Source: a virus (Duplodnaviria > Caudoviricetes). From it: 28,604 bases of DNA. The stretch covers positions 1-28,604 of the IMG/VR virus record IMGVR_UViG_3300020172_001485; one strand, 5' to 3'. Shown one piece after another: positions 17,212 to 24,827 of the stretch. The notes beneath the pieces are model-generated. The model was not told the DNA's origin. It searched no databases and was given only the letters and a program-made list of their open reading frames with translations. Every line of letters starts with the position of its first letter. The first letter of the stretch is position 1. The translations under genes were made by a program, and so were the position numbers.

Positions 17212-18068
17212 TGGACTTAGAAAATAAACTCAAAGGTCTTCCTATGATTTATTATGTAAATTTAGATCATAGGACAGATAGGAGAGAATGGATGGAAACC
17301 CAATTCAACCATTGGGGAATAAAAAACTATCATAGAGTTCGTGCATCAAAATATGCAGTATCAAAATATGATGACTGGAAAGATTTGATTGTAGAGAATA
17401 AAATTCTCGAATGCATATCTTTAATGTCTACAGCACTAAACAACATAGAAACAATCGTAAATTGGTATGATAGTTATTCATCCGAAACTTGCATCATGAT
17501 GGAGGATGACTTATCTCTACAAACTATAAAGTACTGGAATTTTGACTGGACTTACTTTCGGAATAACCTGCCTGAAAATTGGGAGTGTGTTCAACTTTAT
17601 TTCTGTAGTACATATCATGAAGATGGATTGTCTGTTCCAATGTTTTTGCATAAAAGATGTGATTCTGGTTCAGCCGCAGCGTATTTGATAAATCGTTCAT
17701 ATGCAAAGAAAGTTAAGGATTTGATGTATCGTGATGGTAGATATAAATTAACTTTCTCCGATAACTCATTTCATAAGAGATACAGTGACACACATATAAT
17801 ACAGGATGCTAACTTATTCGACATTGGGATGACGTATTCAGTTCCTCTTTTTAGTCTTAATATTAATTTGGGTGGAGACAATCAACAAAATGATAATAAA
17901 ATGTTTCCTATGGACATAATTTGTAGTAGATTGATAGAGGATTGGTGGAAAAACCACCACCACAAGTTTTCATTGGAAGAGTTTTTTACTTACGGAAAAC
18001 CAAATGATAACAAAATGACTTTAAAAGTGAAACTAGAAGATATAACAAAATTTTTAGAAAAATGTTGA
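17211..18068 (+). CDS. GT25-like glycosyltransferase 5
   Basis: GTG start overlapping TAG; IYYVNLDHRTDRR, MMEDD, WECVQL, AAAYLINRSYAKK. Confidence 0.8.
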   Translation: MDLENKLKGLPMIYYVNLDHRTDRREWMETQFNHWGIKNYHRVRASKYAVSKYDDWKDLIVENKILECISLMSTALNNIETIVNWYDSYSSETCIMMEDDLSLQTIKYWNFDWTYFRNNLPENWECVQLYFCSTYHEDGLSVPMFLHKRCDSGSAAAYLINRSYAKKVKDLMYRDGRYKLTFSDNSFHKRYSDTHIIQDANLFDIGMTYSVPLFSLNINLGGDNQQNDNKMFPMDIICSRLIEDWWKNHHHKFSLEEFFTYGKPNDNKMTLKVKLEDITKFLEKC

Positions 18069-19582
18069 TATTAAGTCTTCATTTGGGTCATGATTCCTCA
18101 ATATGCATTTTCAATAATGGCCGTATAGAAAAATATTTTTTACTAGAGAGATTTACGAGAAGGAAACATGATTATGATAAAAATGTAATATTAAATTTAG
18201 TTGATATTATTTGTAGTGAATACAATATTGATGCACTTTGTATATCCAATTTTAACACTCATGATGATTTTATATTAAAAATTTTCAAAAAATGTAGAAA
18301 CTTTAATATAAACGTTAAATTGATAATACAATCGGATCACCATCTTAATCATGCTTCTCTTGCTTTTTATAATAGTGGTTTTGATGAGAGTTTGGTTGTT
18401 GTAGTTGACGGATCTGGATCAACAATAATGGATAATCTGGTGGAAGTAGAAAGTGTTTTTCTCTTCAATCGGGAAAAGAATGATTTAATTTATAAAAATG
18501 TTGTGGGAGAATCTTCTTTTGGAGTTGGTAAACTATATGATACTGCAGCTGTATTGATCGGAAATACTCCAGATGATTGTGGAAAAGCCATGGGGCTTTC
18601 ATCTTATGGATCTTCAAATAAATTATTTAAAAATTTATTTTCAAAAAAGAAATGGAATATAGAACCTATACAAAAAGTAGAAACAGATAATTATAAGTTA
18701 CATGCAGATTTTTGTTATGAAGTTCAACAACAAACACAAAAAGTAATTGGTGATTTAATAGAAAATTTTATAGAGAAAACTGGAGTTAAAAAAGTCTGCA
18801 TCTCTGGTGGTTATGGTATGAATATCGTTGCAAATTACTATTACTTGCAACGATTTTTTGATGTAGAATTTTACTTTGAACCAATATGTAACGATAATGG
18901 AGTCAGTATAGGTGCTGCGATAAACACATATATTGGATTAACACATCAAACTCCATATCCCATACAAACAACTTTCTTTCATGGTTCGCATTATGATGTT
19001 TATCCATATAAAGGTATAACGACTACAATAAAAGATATCGCCAATTTATTGCATCAAGATAAGTCTGTTGCTGTTTATACCGGTCTTGCAGAAGCGGGTC
19101 AAAGATCACTTGGAAATCGTTCTATCTTTTTTAATGCACTAAATCCAAACGCAAGAGATATTGTAAATAAAATTAAAAAAAGAGAGTGGTATCGACCTTT
19201 TGCTTGTGTGGTATTAGAAGAAGATGTTAATGTTTATTTTGATATGGGTAGGGTTGAAACTAGTCCATTTATGACGATATGTTTCCCAGTGAGACCAAAG
19301 TATGTTAAAATGATAGCTGGAATAACTCACATAGATAAAACGTGTAGGATTCAAACTATTTCCAAAACAGATGGTTATTTGTATGAGCTTCTGCAAGAAT
19401 TCAAAAAATTATCTGGACATGGTATACTTTTGAATACTAGTTTTAACCTTTCTGGACAACCTTTGGTGGAAACTCCAATAGATGCATTTAATACGTTGAA
19501 TAATTCTTATTTGGATTACCTTTGGTTTGAAAAAACACAACAGTTATTTAATAACGAATATGGAAAACACACAATTACATGA
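18062..19582 (+). CDS. O-carbamoyltransferase (NodU/CmcH/TobZ family)
   Basis: GHDSS, ERFTRRKH, HHLNHA, DGSG, GKAMGLSSYG, RSLGNRSI, IKKREWYRPFA, LLNTSFN. Confidence 0.95.
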   Translation: MLILSLHLGHDSSICIFNNGRIEKYFLLERFTRRKHDYDKNVILNLVDIICSEYNIDALCISNFNTHDDFILKIFKKCRNFNINVKLIIQSDHHLNHASLAFYNSGFDESLVVVVDGSGSTIMDNLVEVESVFLFNREKNDLIYKNVVGESSFGVGKLYDTAAVLIGNTPDDCGKAMGLSSYGSSNKLFKNLFSKKKWNIEPIQKVETDNYKLHADFCYEVQQQTQKVIGDLIENFIEKTGVKKVCISGGYGMNIVANYYYLQRFFDVEFYFEPICNDNGVSIGAAINTYIGLTHQTPYPIQTTFFHGSHYDVYPYKGITTTIKDIANLLHQDKSVAVYTGLAEAGQRSLGNRSIFFNALNPNARDIVNKIKKREWYRPFACVVLEEDVNVYFDMGRVETSPFMTICFPVRPKYVKMIAGITHIDKTCRIQTISKTDGYLYELLQEFKKLSGHGILLNTSFNLSGQPLVETPIDAFNTLNNSYLDYLWFEKTQQLFNNEYGKHTIT

Positions 19583-19748
19583 ATCTGGCCTTAACATCAT
19601 TCAAAATCCTGACGGTTCTTACGCATTTGAGTGGGATCCGAAAGATGAACGATGGTCTTGGATGAATGGGTTGACAGATCTACAAATCAAGTCTATAGTA
19701 GAAGATATAGTTGCAAAACAATCAGAGTTTGACGCAAATGACAAGTAA
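19560..19748 (+). CDS. hypothetical protein (62 aa)
   Basis: ATG 19560; NPDGSYAFEWDPKD. Confidence 0.75.
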   Translation: MENTQLHESGLNIIQNPDGSYAFEWDPKDERWSWMNGLTDLQIKSIVEDIVAKQSEFDANDK

Positions 19749-20535
19749 AGTATGGGAAGTGATGAATGATCTTGAGATGGTAACATCCAAGATTGTATCT
19801 GCTCGTGAAATTATTGATACTGCTGCAGAGGCAATTCAGAGAAATGAATATGATAAGGCAGAGACTCTTGCAACGGCAGCATATGAGTTTCTTGGATATT
19901 ATCTAGATGAGTTTGATGCAAAGTTCAAACTTGCCTGGCAGGAAACTGTAGTTAATCAAAAACCCGATTCTAATTGGGAAGAACTTTTCTATAAACTTTA
20001 TAATAGGTTCAAAAGGTTTGCTAAGTACGCAGACCATGAACTTGATGAAATGTGTGATAATAAAGAAAAAGAAGACCCTTGTATGACACCCTGGGGCCAT
20101 AGTGATTTGGAGTATCTGTCTAAACACAAAGAACCTCTGAGTTGTGATAAAGATGATCCTTCCCCAGAATGTCAAGGTGCCTGGAATAGTTTCTGGGAAG
20201 ATAATTATTACCAAGATTATATGATTTCTCGTAATGATCCGACTCGACTAAAGTATGAATCTGGCTGGGTTTATGAATCTCCTGATGGTGGAAATACAGT
20301 CACTAAACGCAAAGTTGGGTCTACTGAAAAGATTATTGTGAAAGAAGACAAAGTTATTAAGTGGCAACTTCCTGTTGAGATGGATCCGAGTGGTGAATGC
20401 TTTGTTTTATTCCCAGATGATTTGTTAGAAGCAACAAATCTTAAAGAAGGTGATCAAGTAGAGTGGGTTGATAATGGTAATGGATCCTATCTTCTTCGTA
20501 AGGTAAATGCACCACTCGGAATGGATGAGTGTTGA
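19738..20535 (+). CDS. multi-part protein with C-terminal AbrB/MazE/SpoVT-like DNA-binding domain (265 aa)
   Basis: C-terminal FVLFPDDLLEATNLKEGDQVEW...LRK swapped-hairpin pattern. Confidence 0.7.
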   Translation: MTSKVWEVMNDLEMVTSKIVSAREIIDTAAEAIQRNEYDKAETLATAAYEFLGYYLDEFDAKFKLAWQETVVNQKPDSNWEELFYKLYNRFKRFAKYADHELDEMCDNKEKEDPCMTPWGHSDLEYLSKHKEPLSCDKDDPSPECQGAWNSFWEDNYYQDYMISRNDPTRLKYESGWVYESPDGGNTVTKRKVGSTEKIIVKEDKVIKWQLPVEMDPSGECFVLFPDDLLEATNLKEGDQVEWVDNGNGSYLLRKVNAPLGMDEC

Positions 20536-20729
20536 TGATTGAAACATTCCTTTGTGGATATAACCTGTTCTGCCACTTAAGTAATATTACAAACCAAGTT
20601 TCAAGACCAAAATATCCCCCCGATGTTGCATTACTCTGCACATATTTTGAAGAACAAAAATCAGAACTTCCCGAATACTGTAAGTGGGGAGATGTACCAA
20701 AACCACCTAGAAGAAGGAGTGAATTTTAA
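20535..20729 (+). CDS. hypothetical protein (64 aa)
   Basis: TGATG and TAATG overlaps. Confidence 0.65.
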   Translation: MIETFLCGYNLFCHLSNITNQVSRPKYPPDVALLCTYFEEQKSELPEYCKWGDVPKPPRRRSEF

Positions 20730-20962
20730 TGGCATTGTCTGAATCAGTTGAATCAAGTCTTAAGGAAGCAGAAGCAGATCTTCGGAATGCACTTGCTTAT
20801 GCTGCCCGTCAAGAAAAACCTTTTGTAGGTAAACACATTGCTGAAATGATTATGCAAATTGATAATCTTATTGCAGCAGATCAACTTATGGATAAACTCG
20901 AACAGAGAATGAATGGTGATGAAGATACTAAGAGGGGCCGTTGGGGTCCTTTTGGATCTTGA
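20729..20962 (+). CDS. hypothetical cyanophage protein (77 aa)
   Basis: AAGGAG RBS; LRNALAYAARQEKP. Confidence 0.8.
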   Translation: MALSESVESSLKEAEADLRNALAYAARQEKPFVGKHIAEMIMQIDNLIAADQLMDKLEQRMNGDEDTKRGRWGPFGS

Positions 20963-20992
20963 CTAGATAGTGATAGCTCATAAAAAAAGGTC

Positions 20993-21469
20993 ATGCATGA
21001 GTTACCAATAGAACCCTATAAGACAGTATTGGTTTTGAATTCTAGTTATGAACCAATTAATTTTACAAACTGGAAAAGAGCTATCGTTCTTCTTTTAAAG
21101 GAAAAAGCACAAGTACTTTCGAGTAGAGTCATTAGACTCTTAGATTATGTAAAGTTGCCTATATCTAAAATTATGAACATTTCTCCTTCTCGTTCTATGA
21201 TTTATAAGAGGGATAATCATACTTGCCAATACTGTGGAGCAAGGTCTAGACTCACTATAGATCATGTAATTCCTCGTTCTAAGGGCGGTGAAGATTCGTG
21301 GGAAAATTTAGTTGTGGCTTGTTCTTCATGTAATACCAAAAAAGGTAATATACTTCTTGAACATACTGGAATGAAATTGGCTAGAAAACCAAAAGCTCCA
21401 GTTAATAAAATGATTTTTGATCTTGAAAAAACTAACGTTGAAGAATGGAGACAGTATCATTATGAATGA
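20993..21469 (+). CDS. HNH endonuclease (McrA/HNH_5-like)
   Basis: VLVLNSSYEP, RDNHTCQYCG, TIDHVIPRSKGG, NLVVACSSCNTKKG. Confidence 0.92.
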   Translation: MHELPIEPYKTVLVLNSSYEPINFTNWKRAIVLLLKEKAQVLSSRVIRLLDYVKLPISKIMNISPSRSMIYKRDNHTCQYCGARSRLTIDHVIPRSKGGEDSWENLVVACSSCNTKKGNILLEHTGMKLARKPKAPVNKMIFDLEKTNVEEWRQYHYE

Positions 21470-21824
21470 AAAACAACCTAGCGAATTCGGTAAATCACTA
21501 AAAGAATGGTGGGATTCTGATTCCTTTAAGGAACTTCAGAAGGCTAACCAAGAATCACGAGAACGTGCAGTAGGAAAGTATTTTATGCTTTCTGAAGAGG
21601 ATAAAATTGATATGGTTCAAGCGATCTGTCAAATCATGTGTAAGGCAGAATCGGAAGGTTGCAGTCATCGAGGTCTTCAAAGTGCTCTAGGAATTTATCC
21701 TGGTGGTTTCTGGGTTGATCATCTGATGGATGTTCATAATGCTCTGTGGTCTTATTATCACGACAAGAAACGAGAACAAGAACTTAAAGACGACCTTGAT
21801 GCACTTGAGAAGTTTATTAAGTAA
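21462..21824 (+). CDS. hypothetical phage protein (120 aa)
   Basis: ATG 21462 overlapping the HNH stop. Confidence 0.75.
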   Translation: MNEKQPSEFGKSLKEWWDSDSFKELQKANQESRERAVGKYFMLSEEDKIDMVQAICQIMCKAESEGCSHRGLQSALGIYPGGFWVDHLMDVHNALWSYYHDKKREQELKDDLDALEKFIK

Positions 21825-21911
21825 TGTAACTCAATCCCAAAGAGATTATTAAATTTATAGATAGTCATATAATTGTGTGTTAGAATTTCAACACACTCAA
21901 AAGGAGATTTC

Positions 21912-22121
21912 ATGACTTATTCGCAACCAAAGACTGAACAACTTACGGATGCGGAATGGAAAGAATTGGTTGCCCTTAAAGAGGCCATTAATCAAAATCC
22001 AGCTGCAGTTCATCCAGAAAAAATGGAACTATTTACGGAACTGCTTGTTAGGTCTTGGGATGCGAAGTGCGAACCTCCGAACACAACTGCATGGCGAAAT
22101 AATCATCCAATGAGTGAGTAG
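21912..22121 (+). CDS. hypothetical cyanophage protein (69 aa)
   Basis: AAGGAG RBS before ATG 21912; upstream TATAAT (21868-21873) and 7-bp inverted repeat GTGTGTT/AACACAC (21875-21896). Confidence 0.8.
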   Translation: MTYSQPKTEQLTDAEWKELVALKEAINQNPAAVHPEKMELFTELLVRSWDAKCEPPNTTAWRNNHPMSE

Positions 22122-22127
22122 TATACA

Positions 22128-22181
22128 TTGACATATTGCAATTTTTGGTATATTATTTACTATAAATCACGACTCTAAATA
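22128..22181 (+). promoter_or_regulatory. sigma70 promoter plus late-promoter-like motif upstream of glutaredoxin
   Basis: TTGACA(22128)-17 nt-TATTAT(22151); CTAAATA 22175-22181. Confidence 0.6.
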
Positions 22182-22202
22182 TTACAAAACACAACAAATG
22201 AA

Positions 22203-22439
22203 ATGAAGTTCACTGTTTATTCTAAACCCGAATGTCCATATTGTTATAAAGTTAAGCAAGTTCTTGACCTATGTGGGAAGGACTTTGTTGTTTATACTTT
22301 AGGTGAACATTTTACAAAAAACGAATTTTACTCAGAATTTGGGAAGGAATCTACATTTCCACAAGTGGTGATGGATGATAAACATATTGGAGGTTGTACT
22401 GATACCATCGAGTATCTTAAAGGACTTTCATTAATTTGA
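22203..22439 (+). CDS. grx: glutaredoxin
   Basis: CPYC active site, TFPQV, HIGG. Confidence 0.95.
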   Translation: MKFTVYSKPECPYCYKVKQVLDLCGKDFVVYTLGEHFTKNEFYSEFGKESTFPQVVMDDKHIGGCTDTIEYLKGLSLI

Positions 22440-22441
22440 TT

Positions 22442-22618
22442 ATGAGTGAGCCTAAAGAGCTTCACATAAATAGAGGTGTGGAATTATTGTTAAGAAAAAG
22501 GAGGAGAGAACCTGAAGCACCAAAAACGTTTCAATTCAGTTTTGGTAAAATGGTCTCTCTCTTCAAAAGAGAGATTCATTTTTATCTAAACTTTTCATTA
22601 GATATCAGAAAAAAGTAA
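22442..22618 (+). CDS. hypothetical cyanophage protein (58 aa)
   Basis: ATG 22442; INRGVELLLR. Confidence 0.75.
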   Translation: MSEPKELHINRGVELLLRKRRREPEAPKTFQFSFGKMVSLFKREIHFYLNFSLDIRKK

Positions 22619-22636
22619 TCTCTCGGAGGTAGGGCC

Positions 22637-22861
22637 ATGACAGCACCTTTAGTTACCATCTTTTGTTTAATATCATTCATGTTCTTGATGATTGGTGGTG
22701 TAGTTGGTTGGTTATGGAAAGAACATGTAGTTTTCTCAACCCCTCAACAAGTATTCGCTCATCCAGAAATGTTTGATAATAATGGGAATCTTATTCCCGA
22801 CGAAGTAATTGCAGTACGATTTGAAAATAGCTATGACGACTACGAAGAAGACGACGACTAG
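22637..22861 (+). CDS. membrane protein, DUF2973-like
   Basis: GGAGGT RBS; TM helix followed by HPEMFD.NG....E...VRF. Confidence 0.65.
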   Translation: MTAPLVTIFCLISFMFLMIGGVVGWLWKEHVVFSTPQQVFAHPEMFDNNGNLIPDEVIAVRFENSYDDYEEDDD

Positions 22862-23396
22862 TAGTAGGAGATCCACATCAACAACTACTAAAAAACCTGT
22901 CGCAAAAAAGACAACAACTCCTAAGACAACTCAAGTCGCAGAGAAGATTGAACTGACTCCAAGTTCTTATGTTCATGAAATCTTTGCGGCTGTTGTTGCA
23001 GAAAGAACCAAAGATAAAAAGGTTAACATTCTCCAACAATACAATGAAAATTTTATCAAATCTCTTTTGATTTGGAATTTTGATCCCAGCATTGAATCAA
23101 TTCTTCCAGAAGGAGAAGTTCCAATTCAACCCAAAGAAGATGCAGATAAAGTTGCCCCATCTTCCACCATTCGCAAAGAATGGTCTAAATTTTATAACTT
23201 TGTGAAAGGTGGTAACGATGCAATGAATAAACTTCGTAAAGAAACCATGTTTATTAACATGTTGGAGTCTTTTCATCCTGGAGAAGCAGAAGTTTTATGT
23301 CTTGTAAAGGATAAAAAATTGCAAACTAAATATAATATCACCAAAGAACTCGTTTCTGAGGCGTATCCTGACATCCAATGGGGGAATCGTTCTTGA
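22833..23396 (+). CDS. conserved T4-like cyanophage protein (possibly DUF6433; 187 aa)
   Basis: LIWNFDPSI...LPEGEVP, FVKGGND, ETMFI.MLE..HP.EAE; family name from memory. Confidence 0.7.
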   Translation: MTTTKKTTTSSRRSTSTTTKKPVAKKTTTPKTTQVAEKIELTPSSYVHEIFAAVVAERTKDKKVNILQQYNENFIKSLLIWNFDPSIESILPEGEVPIQPKEDADKVAPSSTIRKEWSKFYNFVKGGNDAMNKLRKETMFINMLESFHPGEAEVLCLVKDKKLQTKYNITKELVSEAYPDIQWGNRS

Positions 23397-23397
23397 T

Positions 23398-23661
23398 ATG
23401 TCTGTGAATATTATTCATGGGGATTGTGATCCATCAACTGCCAAAAATAGAGATCTACCAAGAAATTCTTATTTGGTGGCTTATGGAGTAGACGATTCCA
23501 TTCAATATGATGTGGTTCAGTCTGGGTCACAGGTTGAAATTTTTAATTATTATTGGGACAAATATAAGGATGTGAGAGGTATTAAATGGACAGAGGGAAC
23601 GATCAATCCGAAAACTTGGGGATATCAAGCATCGGATGTGAAGAAGAAGAGGCCAAAGTAA
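23398..23661 (+). CDS. hypothetical cyanophage protein (87 aa)
   Basis: ATG ORF; GTINPKTWGY. Confidence 0.75.
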   Translation: MSVNIIHGDCDPSTAKNRDLPRNSYLVAYGVDDSIQYDVVQSGSQVEIFNYYWDKYKDVRGIKWTEGTINPKTWGYQASDVKKKRPK

Positions 23662-23672
23662 TTTCTGGTAAT

Positions 23673-23834
23673 ATGAACGTCGAGATGAATCTTGATGCGA
23701 TCAAAGAAGTGAGAAAACAATATAAAAAAATCAAAAGATACATGCGATCTTCTATTTACACTGTAGCCATGATGGACGGAAAAGAACAAATTGTAAGTCG
23801 TTTACTAAAGGACCAGGAGGATAATCCTGCATAA
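23673..23834 (+). CDS. small hypothetical protein (53 aa)
   Basis: ATG 23673 in the tracked frame avoids overlap; ends adjacent to speD. Confidence 0.6.
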   Translation: MNVEMNLDAIKEVRKQYKKIKRYMRSSIYTVAMMDGKEQIVSRLLKDQEDNPA

Positions 23835-24161
23835 ATGGGGAAACACTATCTTCTTAACTTGTTTGGATGCTCATTCGCTCACTTGAACGATGAGCATTTT
23901 CTTATGGATCTTTTAGAGAACGCAGCAGCTGCAAGCGGTGCAACTGTATGTCAAACTATTTTTAAAAAATTCGATCCACAAGGAGTAACTGTACTCTGTC
24001 TACTATCAGAGAGTCACATAAGTATTCATACATGGCCAGAAGATGGTAAAGCTGCTTGCGATGTTTATACATGTGGAGATTGTAACCCTAAAATTGGTTG
24101 TGATATAATCATTCAACAATTAGGTGCGACAAATCATACTCTAAGTTATATTGAACGATGA
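23835..24161 (+). CDS. speD: S-adenosylmethionine decarboxylase proenzyme
   Basis: GKH, F.PQGVT, LSESHISIHTWPE (pyruvoyl cleavage E|S), DVYTCG. Confidence 0.95.
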   Translation: MGKHYLLNLFGCSFAHLNDEHFLMDLLENAAAASGATVCQTIFKKFDPQGVTVLCLLSESHISIHTWPEDGKAACDVYTCGDCNPKIGCDIIIQQLGATNHTLSYIER

Positions 24162-24173
24162 TATACTTACACT

Positions 24174-24180
24174 CTAAATA
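24174..24180 (+). promoter_or_regulatory. late-promoter-like motif
   Basis: Intergenic CTAAATA 20 nt upstream of ATG 24201. Confidence 0.5.
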
Positions 24181-24200
24181 ATCTTATATGGAGAATAATT

Positions 24201-24521
24201 ATGCTTTCAACGCAGTATCGTCTTCGTCTTGAAGCAATCTGTCAGAAAATTGTTAAACATGAAGAAGTGACTCTTGAAGATATGATTTGGGCAGAGAAAC
24301 TCGCAAAGTCAAATCGTTCTGCTGCAACAATACTCCGACAAGCAAGAAGGACCGCAGAAAATCCTGATATGCAAAAGGGGGACATGGACGATTTTTTAAA
24401 TCAACTTGATATAGGTGGGACTGGTCACGAACGTTTTGGTAAACGTGGTTTTGATAGTATTGATGATATGGTTGACTGGTGGACTAAAGATAAACCAGAA
24501 GATTGGAGACAAAGGGATTGA
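24201..24521 (+). CDS. hypothetical cyanophage protein (106 aa)
   Basis: GGAG RBS; MLSTQYRLRLE...DWRQRD. Confidence 0.8.
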   Translation: MLSTQYRLRLEAICQKIVKHEEVTLEDMIWAEKLAKSNRSAATILRQARRTAENPDMQKGDMDDFLNQLDIGGTGHERFGKRGFDSIDDMVDWWTKDKPEDWRQRD

Positions 24522-24523
24522 AT

Positions 24524-24539
24524 TGTATCACATTTTACA
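24524..24539. promoter_or_regulatory. NtcA-type binding site
   Basis: tGTA-TCACATTT-TACa is a perfect GTA-N8-TAC with A/T flanks; intergenic, just upstream of a promoter and Gln-riboswitch-like RNAs. Confidence 0.7.
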
Positions 24540-24546
24540 AAAATAT

Positions 24547-24575
24547 TTGACTATATAACGTACAAGGTCTATATT
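24547..24575 (+). promoter_or_regulatory. sigma70-type promoter of the riboswitch cassette
   Basis: TTGACT-17 nt-TATATT; predicted start ~24582, just before aptamer 1. Confidence 0.65.
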
Positions 24576-24588
24576 AACCTTGTACGTT
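24557..24588. repeat. perfect 12-bp inverted repeat around the -10 box
   Basis: AACGTACAAGGT-ctatatta-ACCTTGTACGTT. Confidence 0.9.
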
Positions 24589-24624
24589 CATCCCCATGGG
24601 ACGGAAGTAGGCCGACTCGGAACG
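24585..24624 (+). ncRNA. glutamine riboswitch-like aptamer 1 (glnA / Downstream-peptide family)
   Basis: CGTTC-A-TCCC(cat)GGGA-CG-GAAGTAG-GCCGACT-CG-GAACG; P1 = CGTTC/GAACG; lies upstream of a YRG peptide. Confidence 0.8.
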
Positions 24625-24627
24625 GAT

Positions 24628-24796
24628 CGTTCATCTATGGAATCACTTCTTTTAACTTGTTTACAGGCACAATTGATGGTCAGTAGAGTTAATTATACGA
24701 AACTTGAACCACAACAAAAGAATGATTTAATTTGGGAGATTAAACAAATCTCTCCAAAGGAGTGTAAGATAGACGCAAAAGCCGACTGAAGGAACG
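24628..24796 (+). ncRNA. glutamine riboswitch-like aptamer 2 with a 130-nt insert in the P2 loop
   Basis: CGTTC-A-TCTAT[24639-24768]ATAGA-CG-CAAAA-GCCGACT-GAAG-GAACG; same architecture as aptamer 1. Confidence 0.75.
24637..24789 (+). CDS. 50-aa ORF nested in aptamer 2 (MESLLLTCLQAQLMVSRV...KECKIDAKAD)
   Basis: ATG overlaps the 5' strand of P2 and TGA lies in the 3' junction; frame is open across the whole insert; weak SD. Confidence 0.6.
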   Translation: MESLLLTCLQAQLMVSRVNYTKLEPQQKNDLIWEIKQISPKECKIDAKAD

Positions 24797-24827
24797 CTCT
24801 TTAGCCTAAAAATTAAGGAGAACCCTA

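Noticed and set aside
15169-19582. Saxitoxin or cylindrospermopsin cluster (amidinotransferase + carbamoyltransferase resemble sxtG/sxtI)
   Set aside because: No PKS-like sxtA, Rieske oxygenases, sulfotransferases or exporters; the context is dominated by glycosyltransferases
20993-21469. HNH as an intron-encoded homing endonuclease or Cas/defence nuclease
   Set aside because: No interrupted gene, intron core, CRISPR array or methylase nearby; it looks like a free-standing HNH_5-type gene
21817-21873. Possible HLR1 (RpaB), NtcA or Pho box upstream of 21912
   Set aside because: Only one good half-site (GTTACATT on the minus strand); GTA-N8-TAC is not satisfied
24580-24636. TTG-started 5' extension of the nested ORF (69-aa version)
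   Set aside because: Begins at or before the predicted transcription start and runs through aptamer 1; ATG 24637 is preferred
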